Shown piece by piece: positions 17,660-26,480 of a stretch of 49,426 bases of DNA. How positions within the stretch are numbered: the first letter of the stretch is position 1; each line of letters begins with the position of its first letter. Under the pieces are notes generated by a model that made no database searches, was not told the origin of the DNA, and saw nothing but the letters and a program-made list of their open reading frames with translations. Both the position numbers and the translations under genes were made by a program. This DNA is from Dongiaceae bacterium (GTDB taxonomy: Bacteria > Pseudomonadota > Alphaproteobacteria > Dongiales > Dongiaceae): positions 1-49,426 of the forward strand of contig JBBDWX010000041.1 in assembly GCA_040902665.1 (NCBI GenBank), read 5' to 3'.

Positions 17660-18637
17660 TTACCGAGGCCGTTTGCGCCGAACCGCAAGCCGATCCAGGG
17701 CTATGAACCCCGATACTATTTTCGGAATGAATGTTTCAAAGGTTTGCCGTCTTTCACGCACCTTCGAGCGCGGCCCGATGATAACCGGATTTGTGTTGAT
17801 CTCGAAAATCTGTGGTTTTCCATCGACCAGCGTATAATCCATCCGGCCATAGCCGATGCCGGCCTGTCTGAATATCTCGCGCAGAAGAGCATCGTGGGGA
17901 TTCTTGGAGCTCACATAGGAATATTCTTCCTCGATCGTCGCCGCATCGAGCAGCGCCGGGAGTTTGATGACCCATTTATCGGAGATCTCGACCTGGGCGG
18001 GTATTAGCCGCGACCCGATGCGGAACGTACCGTATTTCCGGAACCTGCCGTCGGCGCTGCGATAGTCGAGATACTCGACGATCAGGATGTCGCTGCGCGG
18101 AATTCCCGCCGCCAGCATGGTTTCGATTCCGATACGCAGCTCAGCCTGGTTGTTCAACAGTTCCGAGTTGGCGCCGTCATGTCCGCTGTCCCGGCGCAGA
18201 AAGACCGGATAGCGTTCGGGTTCCCGTGCCTCCGAAAGCCGGTACACATTGAAGCTATTGATGCCTCGCTCGTAGAGGCGGCGCAGCAACTCGTAACGTC
18301 CCATAACACGGGCGGGATTGTTGATCAGTGCAGCAGCGGGAAGCCGGTTGCCGAATCTGCGATAGTGTTGCGACATTTGTTCGACTGCCGGGATAGTCAG
18401 TCGATCGATGTCGCCGAAAATGACCGCACGGCGATTAAATACCTTCTTCCCCATTTCTTCATACGAGACCGGTTCCAGCACTTCGCGGCCACGACTTACG
18501 CGTTCGCGGAAGAGACGGATCGTATAGAAGTGCTTCTGGGTTGCGAGGTAGTAAGGCAAGTGACTCTCCGCTGACCCGTCGTAGCATCGAAGTTCATCCG
18601 AGGGTGCGATACCAACGGGCGTCGGGATCGCCGTCAC
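17660..18637 (-). CDS. ATP-grasp domain protein of unknown substrate
   Basis: 325 aa with a GTG start. The C-terminal GYGRMDYTLVDGKPQIFEINTNP is the typical ATP-grasp Mg/ATP strand. Noticeably A/T-richer than its neighbours. Confidence 0.65.
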   Translation of the reverse strand: MTAIPTPVGIAPSDELRCYDGSAESHLPYYLATQKHFYTIRLFRERVSRGREVLEPVSYEEMGKKVFNRRAVIFGDIDRLTIPAVEQMSQHYRRFGNRLPAAALINNPARVMGRYELLRRLYERGINSFNVYRLSEAREPERYPVFLRRDSGHDGANSELLNNQAELRIGIETMLAAGIPRSDILIVEYLDYRSADGRFRKYGTFRIGSRLIPAQVEISDKWVIKLPALLDAATIEEEYSYVSSKNPHDALLREIFRQAGIGYGRMDYTLVDGKPQIFEINTNPVIIGPRSKVRERRQTFETFIPKIVSGFIALDRLAVRRKRPR

Positions 18638-18745
18638 ACTAATCGGTCAAGCTGATTCGGAGCAAGGGGACGGTGTGACCGGGAGAAGAGAAAGGGCCGG
18701 CCGGATGCCTCATGGTTCGCGCGCCTCCACGAAGGCCGTCAACTC

Positions 18746-19387
18746 TCAGGCGTCGGTGAACGTACCGACTACCTCGTCGACGGTCTGCACGCGGCAATAG
18801 CCCGCAAAGGCCCGGAGTGCATTCATGTGGCGCTCCTGCGTATAGGTGCCGCAGGCGTCGGCCGCGCAGATCATGTAATAGCCGTGGTCGGCACCGTCGC
18901 GCACCGCCATGTCGACGCATTGATCAGTCAGCAGCCCGACCACGATGACATTCTCGATGCCCATGTTACGCAACACATAGTCGACGATCGTGGAATTGAA
19001 GACACCGGATGAACTCTTCGGCAGCACGATATCGTCGGCTTCAGGCGCGATTTCCGGGATGATTTGGGCCAAAGGCGAGCCTTTCGGTATCACCATGTCG
19101 GACAGTTTATAATCGAGCGACGCCTCGCGCCCGTCTGCGGTCAGGCACTCGATCCGCGTATAGACGATCTCGCCGCCACGCGCCCGGGTTTCGTCGATCA
19201 GCCTGCGCATGGCGGGCAACACCCGTTCGCGAATCGTGCGGACATACTCGGGCCGCTCGCGAACCTGCTCCGCGGTAATCTCGCTCATCTGCGTGTCGAC
19301 CACCAGGACCGCGGTCTTCTTCGGATCGAGCCGCCGGTCACGGGTTGCCTGCGAGGGCGGCAGCAGGTCGGTCGCCATCTTGTTCAT
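18746..19387 (-). CDS. Isochorismatase-family cysteine hydrolase
   Basis: 213 aa. TAVLVVDTQ (Asp), LPKSSSGVF (Lys) and VVGLLTDQCV (Cys) form the family catalytic triad pattern. Confidence 0.85.
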   Translation of the reverse strand: MNKMATDLLPPSQATRDRRLDPKKTAVLVVDTQMSEITAEQVRERPEYVRTIRERVLPAMRRLIDETRARGGEIVYTRIECLTADGREASLDYKLSDMVIPKGSPLAQIIPEIAPEADDIVLPKSSSGVFNSTIVDYVLRNMGIENVIVVGLLTDQCVDMAVRDGADHGYYMICAADACGTYTQERHMNALRAFAGYCRVQTVDEVVGTFTDA

Positions 19388-19484
19388 CGGATCGTCCTCC
19401 GGATCGTCGGTATGCCCGAATGACCGGCAGTATAGGACAGCCCGGCGAGCGCGGGCAGTCGTCGAAATTTATTGCCCGACGCCC

Positions 19485-21833
19485 TCAGATGGCGCGGGTT
19501 GCCGCCCAGCCACGCTCGATCAGCCGCCGGTCGAACGCTTCGAGCGCCGCCTGGACGCGGCCATAGAGCGTATCCTTGGGGTAACTGCCGTCGGCATCGG
19601 GTTGGCCCGCCGGCATGCCGGTCAGGAGTTCGATCGCATCCTCGACCTTGGCCGCGCTCCAGATATTGAAGCGTCCATCGGCGACAGCCTGGGCGATCTC
19701 GTCGCGCAACACCAGATTGCGTTCATTGGTGGCGGGCACCAGCACGCCCTGGTTTCCGGTAAGTGCGCCCCGTTCAGCGCACACCCGATAGAACCCTTCG
19801 ACCTTGAACAGAACACCGCCGACGGCCTGCACCTCGCCGCGCTGATTGACCGATCCGGTGACCGCAATATCCTGCCGCAGCGGCACCTGGCCGAGATCGG
19901 AAAGCACGGCCAGAAGTTCTGCAAGCGACGCGCTGTCGCCTTCGATGCCGCCATAGCTCTGTTCGAACGTGATCGAGGCATCGAACGAGAGCGGCATGCG
20001 ACGCGCGAAATGCCCGGCAAGGAACCCCTGCAACACCATGACGCCCTTCTGCTGGATCGGCCCGCCCAACGCGACATCGCGCTCGATATTGATCAGACCG
20101 GTGCGCCCGACCGATGCGCGGGCCGTCACGCGCGCGGGCAGGCCGAAGCTGTGGTCGCCGTAATCCTGCACCGCGAGCCCGTTGACCTGGCCGATGGCGC
20201 GGCCATCGACATCGATCATCAGCACACCGCGGGCGATCTCTGCCTGGAGCCTGTCCTCGATGCGGGCATTGCGACGGCGGCGGCGCTCGAAGGCTTCGAT
20301 GACCGCCTTGCGATCGATCACCGGGTTCTCGCATCCGAGACAGTCGCAGGCTTCTCCGACCAGATCCGCAATCTCCTCGAACCGCGCCGAGAGCTTGTCG
20401 CGCTCTCCGGCAAGCCGTGCCGCCAGACCGACAAGTGCCACCAACCCGTCCTGCTCGAAAGTCGCTTTATGCGCGACCGCCATCTGCGTCGCGACTCCGC
20501 CATAACAGGCGAGATTCGATGCATCGGCCGGCATGTCCGGATCGATATCGGCCTTGACCTTGAAATTACCCTGGAACTGGGCGTCGGCGGCAAAAAAGGA
20601 ATAGTACCAGCCCGGTGAACCGACCAGCACGACCTTGGCATTGAACGGGATCGGCTTCGGTTTCGGTGATCCTGCGATCGGTACCGGCGGACTCGGGCGA
20701 TGTTCGTCGATATTGATTTCGCCGTCGCGCAGCACGGCCTTGAGCGCCTGCCACAATGCCGGTTGGGCGCCGAACGCTTCGGCACGCAACACCAGCACGC
20801 CGCCATTGGCGCGGTGCAAGGCGCCCGGGCGGATCAGCGAGAAATCGGTCGATAGCACGCCTTCGATCTGGCGGAACTCGATCTTGCCGAACAACGAATC
20901 GAAATCGGGATTGGGCTCGAGCACGACTTCGGGACCGCTCGCATCGCCGCGATCGACAAACAGATTCACGCCATAGCGCAGATCGAGCGTGGCGATACCC
21001 TCAAGGCCGGCGCCAGCGGCGGCACGAATCTGATCGAGATGCTGCAGCAGATCGTTCTCGAGCTCGACGAGCCAGCGCGAGATGGCCGGATGGTTCGCGT
21101 AAGACACTTTCAATTCCGATACCAGCGGCGCGAAGGCCTTCTCGGCGATGCGGCGCGCGAAGGCCGCGACGTCGCCGCCCAGGGCCGCCTGCTGGCGTGC
21201 CGCATCGCGGGTTAGCTCGCCGAGCGCCTGCCCGATCTTCTGTGCGGCGGCCTGCTGCTCTGCCGATGCGTCGACCGGCAGTATCTGCTTTCCCTCGGCA
21301 TCGACCAGCGCCAGCGCGAACCCCTCTGCGGTCTGCACCAGTTCGAAGCCCGCCTCTTTTGCCTCCTTGCGCAGGGCAGCAAGCCGGCCATCGAGATCGG
21401 TACGCACCCTGGTCGCCAGCGCCTCGATTGAGTTTCGAAAAGCTTCGTCATCGAAGATTTGCGTCGTGATACGAGCGAGACGCCGCACGAAGACCGCCAT
21501 CTGATCGCGCAGCGTGCGCCCGCCGCCTGCCGGCAAGCGCGCCGGGCGGGGGCGATGCGAATGAGTGAAGTTATTGAGGTAAATCCAGTCGTCGGGAATC
21601 CCGCGGCCCTGGATGGCCTCACGCAGAAAGGCCAGCGTTGCCGTCATCCGGCCGCTGCGCTCACCACCCACGACGAACACGTTGTATCCGGGCGTCGGCG
21701 TGCGGAGCGCAAACTCGAGTGCTTCCTTGGCGCGCATATGGCTCGAGAAATCGAAGATGTCGGCGTCGGCCTGCGGCGATATCTCGAAAGCGGGAAGCCC
21801 GACCCGGTCGGCGGCAAGTTTGGTGAGGGTCAT
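19485..21833 (-). CDS. Lon-like serine protease with AAA-like module and helical insertion (LonC-like; ATPase motifs degenerate)
   Basis: 782 aa. C-terminal S16 domain with GIEGDSASLAELL (Ser) and GGVLFKVEGF (Lys). The P-loop position reads GGERSGRM and the Walker B position ANGGVLVLRAE. Confidence 0.8.
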   Translation of the reverse strand: MTLTKLAADRVGLPAFEISPQADADIFDFSSHMRAKEALEFALRTPTPGYNVFVVGGERSGRMTATLAFLREAIQGRGIPDDWIYLNNFTHSHRPRPARLPAGGGRTLRDQMAVFVRRLARITTQIFDDEAFRNSIEALATRVRTDLDGRLAALRKEAKEAGFELVQTAEGFALALVDAEGKQILPVDASAEQQAAAQKIGQALGELTRDAARQQAALGGDVAAFARRIAEKAFAPLVSELKVSYANHPAISRWLVELENDLLQHLDQIRAAAGAGLEGIATLDLRYGVNLFVDRGDASGPEVVLEPNPDFDSLFGKIEFRQIEGVLSTDFSLIRPGALHRANGGVLVLRAEAFGAQPALWQALKAVLRDGEINIDEHRPSPPVPIAGSPKPKPIPFNAKVVLVGSPGWYYSFFAADAQFQGNFKVKADIDPDMPADASNLACYGGVATQMAVAHKATFEQDGLVALVGLAARLAGERDKLSARFEEIADLVGEACDCLGCENPVIDRKAVIEAFERRRRRNARIEDRLQAEIARGVLMIDVDGRAIGQVNGLAVQDYGDHSFGLPARVTARASVGRTGLINIERDVALGGPIQQKGVMVLQGFLAGHFARRMPLSFDASITFEQSYGGIEGDSASLAELLAVLSDLGQVPLRQDIAVTGSVNQRGEVQAVGGVLFKVEGFYRVCAERGALTGNQGVLVPATNERNLVLRDEIAQAVADGRFNIWSAAKVEDAIELLTGMPAGQPDADGSYPKDTLYGRVQAALEAFDRRLIERGWAATRAI

Positions 21834-21905
21834 CTGGTTCCTTCAATCGCCGAAAGAAGGCGGCCGCCCCGTCCCGCGCGCGGCCCGGCCCACCGTTCGG
21901 GTGGA

Positions 21906-21992
21906 TGGTGCCCCCGGGGAGACTCGAACTCCCACGCCCTTGCGAGCAACAGATTTTGAGTCTGCCGCGTCTACCAATTCCGCCACAGGGGC
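21906..21992 (-). tRNA. tRNA-Leu (anticodon CAA), 87 nt, encoded CCA
   Basis: Reverse complement: GCCCCTGTGGCGGAATTGGTAGACGCGGCAGACTCAAAATCTGTTGCTCGCAAGGGCGTGGGAGTTCGAGTCTCCCCGGGGGCACCA. It has a 7-bp acceptor stem, anticodon loop CT-CAA-AA, a long variable arm and a GTTCGAGTC T-loop. Confidence 0.9.
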
Positions 21993-22183
21993 CAGCCCGA
22001 AGCGGCCGGCATGATACAGCAGCGAACCCGGCCCGCAACCGCCAGAACCGGGCGGTTGCGGTTGCCACCGCCAGGATGGCCGGGACACGGCTTGCGCGAT
22101 GCGGATTGACAACATGGCCCCGAAACCCGCCCAATTCGCACTGGGCAGACCAGACAGGCCCAAAGGCAACGAAGGGGGATTCC

Positions 22184-22585
22184 ATGGCGCAACAGGCTTC
22201 GACCGCCGGCGGCGGGACCGACTGGAAATGGCTGTTACTCTCACTCGAAGGCCGCATTCCGCGGTCGACCTACTGGCTGAAGTTTTTCATACCGGTCATT
22301 GTTCTGGCAATTATTGCCGGCGTACTCGACAGCGTTCTGGGAACTGGCAACCAGGATAGATTCGGCGGCGGCATCATCAGCGGTCTGCTCGGCCTCGCTT
22401 TGATCTGGCCGTCCATCGCAACCGGCGTCAAACGCCTCCACGATCGCGACATGAGCGGCTGGTGGATGTTGATTCAGCTAATTCCGGTCGTCGGATTCTT
22501 CTTCTGGCTGATCGTCATTGGCATTTTGAAAGGAACGGCCGGTCCGAACCGGTTCGGCCCGGATCCTCTCGGCGGTTCGAGTTAG
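22184..22585 (+). CDS. DUF805 family inner-membrane protein
   Basis: Start placed at ATG 22184 because the track ORF extends over the tRNA. GRIPRSTYW and KRLHDRDMSGWW motifs are typical of DUF805 (YhaH-like). Confidence 0.8.
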   Translation: MAQQASTAGGGTDWKWLLLSLEGRIPRSTYWLKFFIPVIVLAIIAGVLDSVLGTGNQDRFGGGIISGLLGLALIWPSIATGVKRLHDRDMSGWWMLIQLIPVVGFFFWLIVIGILKGTAGPNRFGPDPLGGSS

Positions 22586-22598
22586 TCGCTTCGCTCGT

Positions 22599-22645
22599 AA
22601 AACGCCGCCGGCCTGCCCGATTGCAGCCGGCGGCGTTTGCTTTTG
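22599..22645 (+). terminator. Rho-independent terminator
   Basis: AACGCCGCCGGC (22601-22612), 13-nt loop, GCCGGCGGCGTT (22626-22637), then TGCTTTTG. Confidence 0.7.
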
Positions 22646-22719
22646 CGCGGCTTGCGGCCGGCGGTCGTGCACTGATAACAACCGAACGCCCATCCATTGC
22701 ATCGGAACTCATAAAGCCC

Positions 22720-23301
22720 ATGCTGCGCCGTCTTTACGACTGGACCATGCGGCTCGCCGCGCGCCACGACGCGATGTGGGTCCTCGCCTTTGTCGCCTTT
22801 GCGGAAAGCTCGTTTTTTCCGATTCCGCCCGACCTGCTGCTGATCCCGATGGTGCTTGCGGCCAGCCATCGCGCGTTTCGAATCGCCGCGGTGGCGACCA
22901 TTGCCAGCGTTGTCGGCGGTCTCGCCGGCTATGGCATCGGCGCTCTCCTGTACGACACGCTCGGCGCACCGATCATCGATTTCTACGGCGTGCAGCCGGA
23001 GTTCGTCGCATTCCAGGAAGCCTATCAGGAGTGGGGCTGGTGGATCGTCGCCGGCGCCGGTTTCACCCCTTTCCCCTATAAAGTGATCACCATTGCCAGC
23101 GGCGTCGCCGGCCTCGATATCTGGACCTTCCTCAGCGCATCGGGGCTTTCGCGCGGGGCGCGGTTCTTTCTTGTCGCATGGCTCCTGTGGCGTTTCGGTG
23201 CGCCGATTCGCAGTTTCGTCGAAGAAAACCTGCCCTGGCTTGCGGGCTTGTTCTTCGCGCTTCTTGTCGGCGGCTTCGTCGTCATCAAGTATGTGATGTG
23301 A
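22720..23301 (+). CDS. YqaA/DedA-like (SNARE-associated) membrane protein
   Basis: Start at ATG 22720 (MLRRLYDW). FAESSFFPIPPDLLLIPM is the family signature. Confidence 0.8.
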   Translation: MLRRLYDWTMRLAARHDAMWVLAFVAFAESSFFPIPPDLLLIPMVLAASHRAFRIAAVATIASVVGGLAGYGIGALLYDTLGAPIIDFYGVQPEFVAFQEAYQEWGWWIVAGAGFTPFPYKVITIASGVAGLDIWTFLSASGLSRGARFFLVAWLLWRFGAPIRSFVEENLPWLAGLFFALLVGGFVVIKYVM

Positions 23302-23344
23302 TCCGGCGATTGCCACAGCCGATACCCTGGTTCCGCGAGAGACC

Positions 23345-23854
23345 ATGATCGAAATCGTACGCCGCCAGCTGCCATTGTTTGCCCTTCTTGCAGCGCTCGC
23401 GCCGCTCGCAGCGGCACTCGCCGCGCAGTATCTCGGCGGGCTGCAGCCCTGCCCGCTTTGTCATTGGCAGCGCTATCCCTATGTCGTTGCGGCGCTGCTT
23501 GCTGCCATCGCATGGTGGTTTGGCATGCGAGCAGGCAACACAGCCGTGGAACGGGTCTTGCTGGTTGTGGCAGCGCTCGCGTTTTTTGTCAGCGCCGGAA
23601 TCGGCGCCTTCCATGCCGGCGTGGAACAAGGCTGGTGGGAAGGCACCTCGGGATGCAGCGGCAGCATCGATTTCGGTGGCATGACCGTCGAGGAGATGGC
23701 GGCCGCGCTCGAGGCAACTGCGCCCGCCCGCTGCGATGAAATCGCCTGGTCGTTTCTCGGCATCTCGATGGCCGGCTACAATGCGCTCTATGGCGCATTG
23801 GCAGGCATCGCAATTGCGCTGCTGGCTGGCGGCAAACGGAGACAAACAGCATGA
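23345..23854 (+). CDS. dsbB: Disulfide bond formation protein B family
   Basis: 169 aa with four hydrophobic segments. Contains a CPLCHWQRYPY (CxxC) loop and a second Cys pair (GCSG...ARCDE). Confidence 0.75.
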   Translation: MIEIVRRQLPLFALLAALAPLAAALAAQYLGGLQPCPLCHWQRYPYVVAALLAAIAWWFGMRAGNTAVERVLLVVAALAFFVSAGIGAFHAGVEQGWWEGTSGCSGSIDFGGMTVEEMAAALEATAPARCDEIAWSFLGISMAGYNALYGALAGIAIALLAGGKRRQTA

Positions 23855-24408
23855 ACGACGGGCGCAAGGCACGAGAGCGCCTGCCTGGCGATCTGACACC
23901 GGAAGAGCGCATTGATCGGATCCTGCGCGTCGATCTGGCCGGGGAATATGGTGCGCGACGCATCTACGAGGGTCAGCTCGCGGTGTTCGGCGACCGCGCC
24001 GATGCGGCACCGATTCGCGAGATGTACGCCCAGGAAAAGAAACATCTCGAAGCATTCGAGAAGCTGCTGGTCGAACGACGCGCACGGCCGTCGGCATTGC
24101 AGCCGGTCTGGCACGTCGCGGGCTTTGCCCTCGGCGCTGCAACCGCGCTGATGGCGCGCGAGGCGGCGATGGCCTGCACGGTCGCAGTTGAAGAAGTCAT
24201 CGACGAACATTATGCGAAGCAGGCGGCAGCGCTTGGCGACAGCGAACCCGCGCTAAAGGCGACCATCGAGGAGTTTCGCACCGACGAGATCGCCCATCGC
24301 GATACCGCGCTCGCCGAAGGCGCCGCGCAGGCGCCGGGCTATCCGCTGCTGACCGGCGCGATCAAGGCCGGTTCGCGTTTCGCGATCTGGCTGGCAGAGC
24401 GGGTCTGA
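23851..24408 (+). CDS. coq7: Demethoxyubiquinone hydroxylase (Coq7 family, di-iron)
   Basis: 185 aa. RVDLAGEYGARRIYEGQ, EKKHLEAF, VEEVIDEHY and FRTDEIAHRD are the paired ExxH di-iron motifs of Coq7. ATGA overlap with dsbB. Confidence 0.85.
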   Translation: MNDGRKARERLPGDLTPEERIDRILRVDLAGEYGARRIYEGQLAVFGDRADAAPIREMYAQEKKHLEAFEKLLVERRARPSALQPVWHVAGFALGAATALMAREAAMACTVAVEEVIDEHYAKQAAALGDSEPALKATIEEFRTDEIAHRDTALAEGAAQAPGYPLLTGAIKAGSRFAIWLAERV

Positions 24409-24422
24409 ACGATGTTCGAGAC

Positions 24423-24986
24423 CTAGCCCTGATCGAGTTCGGTATCCCAGTAGAGAAAGTCGCGCCAGCTCTCATGCAGATAATTGGGCGGGAAGCCGCG
24501 CCCGTTATCCTGCAGCTCCCAGGTGCTCGGTTGCGAAGGTCGGCGACGCGGGAACATGCCGACACGATGCGGCAGGCGATTGCCCTTGCGCAGATTGCAG
24601 GTCTGGCAGGCGGTGACCACGTTTTCCCAGATCGTCCGGCCGCCGCGCGAACGCGGCACGACGTGATCGAAAGTGAGATCCGGCGTCGGATAGTGATCGC
24701 CGCAATACTGACATTCGAACCGGTCGCGCAGGAACACGTTGAATCGGGTAAAAGCCGGCCGGCGCGACAGCGGCACGAATTCCTTGAGCGAGATGACGCT
24801 CGGCAGCTTCATCTCGAAGCTCGGGCTATGCACCACGCGTTCATACTCGGAAACGATGTTGACGCGATCCATGAAGACCGCCTTGACGGCATCCTGCCAG
24901 GACCAGAGCGACAAGGGGAAATAGCTCAACGGCCTGAAATCGGCATTCAGCACAAGCGCGGGACAGGTTTCCGGCGACGGGCTCAC
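24423..24986 (-). CDS. HNH endonuclease domain protein
   Basis: 187 aa. CQYCGDHYPTPDLTFDHVVPRSRGGRTIWENVVTACQTCNLRKGN (Cys4 plus H-N-N motif). Confidence 0.8.
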   Translation of the reverse strand: MSPSPETCPALVLNADFRPLSYFPLSLWSWQDAVKAVFMDRVNIVSEYERVVHSPSFEMKLPSVISLKEFVPLSRRPAFTRFNVFLRDRFECQYCGDHYPTPDLTFDHVVPRSRGGRTIWENVVTACQTCNLRKGNRLPHRVGMFPRRRPSQPSTWELQDNGRGFPPNYLHESWRDFLYWDTELDQG

Positions 24987-25100
24987 GAGATTCCGCTCCT
25001 CCTCCCTCGAAGTACGCCGGAACTATAGCGGGACGCCTTTGAACCGGCTACCGAGATTTGCCCCATATATTGTGGTGCCCGATGCGATGCCACCGAATGG

Positions 25101-25781
25101 TCACGAACGACCGGACGGTTCCGGAGCCAGGACTTCGGTCAGAAACCGTGCGCCCATCGCCATCCCGACCTGATCGATTGCATGCGGCAGGCCCGGTCGC
25201 GTCTCGGTCGCAACGGGAATTCCGGCTTCCTTCAACACCGCCGCTGCCTGCTGCATCGAGCTATGCGGCACAACCGGATCGGCATCGCCATGCACCAGCA
25301 GGATCGGCGGTTTGGACCGCAGTTCCTCGGCCAGATGCTCCGGCGCAACCAGCGCACCCGAGAATCCGAGCACCCCGGCCAGCGCCTCGCGCCGACGCAG
25401 CGCGACGTGCAGTGCCATCATGGCGCCCTGCGAAAATCCGACAAGAGCGACGCGCGCGGCGGGCACCCCCGTCTCCTCGATCAGGCCATCGAGATGGCCA
25501 TCGATCAGCGAGGCTGCGGTACGCGTGCCGGCAAGTATCGTCTCCGGCGAAGCGCCTTCGAATCCGTACCATTGCCGCCCCATCGGATTTATCTCGCAGG
25601 GGAACGGCGCGTTCGGCGAGACAAACAGGGTATGCGGCAGCAGCCTTGCCCAAAGCGGCGCCAGCGAGATCAGATCGTTACCGTCGGCGCCGTAACCATG
25701 CAGCAGGATTACGATCGATTGCAGCTTGCCGCCCGCGGATGGTTCGTGGCGCGGCCCGTCGAGCGACAGTATCGAGTTCAT
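25101..25781 (-). CDS. Alpha/beta hydrolase, phospholipase/carboxylesterase family
   Basis: Start at ATG 25781 (MNSILSLDG). ILLHGYGADGNDL, nucleophile elbow GFSQGA and LLVHGDADPVV are present. Confidence 0.8.
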   Translation of the reverse strand: MNSILSLDGPRHEPSAGGKLQSIVILLHGYGADGNDLISLAPLWARLLPHTLFVSPNAPFPCEINPMGRQWYGFEGASPETILAGTRTAASLIDGHLDGLIEETGVPAARVALVGFSQGAMMALHVALRRREALAGVLGFSGALVAPEHLAEELRSKPPILLVHGDADPVVPHSSMQQAAAVLKEAGIPVATETRPGLPHAIDQVGMAMGARFLTEVLAPEPSGRS

Positions 25782-25841
25782 TGTATCACTATCCTTGTTT
25801 GACAACACACGCGCCTATCTAGCCGATGCGCATTGCGCGGG

Positions 25842-26480
25842 CTAGATCGGCACGATCTTGTAGTAGTGCCAGAGCAGGCGCGCCGCAACGCTGCGCCAGG
25901 GTCGCCAGGCTTCGGCCATCGCCCGCAATTCGCGCCCGGTCGGCCGTGCGTCGAGCTCCTTGATGCGCTGCGCTGCGACCTGAAGCGCGAGATCGTCCGC
26001 CGGCATGACATCGGGACGGCCGAGCGAGAACAGCAGATAAATCTCCGCGGTCCAGCGGCCAATACCTTTGACGGAGGTCAGCGTGGCGATAACTTCCTCG
26101 TCCTGCATGTCGGCCAGAGCATCGAGATCGAGATGGCGATTGTCGAGCGCCTTCGCCAGTTCGCGCGCATAGAGCGCCTTCTGTCGAGAAAGTCCGATGG
26201 TACGCAGCCGGCGCGGATGGATTTTCAGCAGGCTTTCCGGTGTCATCGGATCGGCCGCCGCCTCCAGCCGCATCCAGATCGCTCCCGCCGAAGCGACCGA
26301 AAGCTGTTGCGCCATGATGATGTTCAGCAGCGTTGCAAAACCGGGATCGCGCGAGCGCACCGGCAGACGGCCGGCCGCTTCGATGGCGCGCGCCAGATCC
26401 GCGTCCACCTCGCCCAGCGCTTTCAAACCGCGCCGGAGCTTGCGCCCTTCGAGCGGTGCTATCCTGCCGATCGCGGACAA
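25842..26480 (-). CDS. DNA-3-methyladenine glycosylase II-like (HhH-GPD, AlkA family)
   Basis: 212 aa. IIMAQQLSVASAGAIW...LTSVKGIGRWTAEIYLLFSLGRPDVMPADDLAL (HhH-GPD motif with catalytic Asp). Confidence 0.8.
   Translation of the reverse strand: MSAIGRIAPLEGRKLRRGLKALGEVDADLARAIEAAGRLPVRSRDPGFATLLNIIMAQQLSVASAGAIWMRLEAAADPMTPESLLKIHPRRLRTIGLSRQKALYARELAKALDNRHLDLDALADMQDEEVIATLTSVKGIGRWTAEIYLLFSLGRPDVMPADDLALQVAAQRIKELDARPTGRELRAMAEAWRPWRSVAARLLWHYYKIVPI

Noticed and set aside
17599-18745. Graspetide-type RiPP cluster (ATP-grasp ligase plus precursor peptide)
   Set aside because: No plausible small precursor ORF lies in the short flanking gaps, and the neighbours are a hydrolase and a transporter SBP rather than RiPP components.
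21905-22183. 5' extension of ORF 21905-22585 across the tRNA gene
   Set aside because: It would be translated through a tRNA-Leu gene on the opposite strand. The DUF805 homology begins at ATG 22184.
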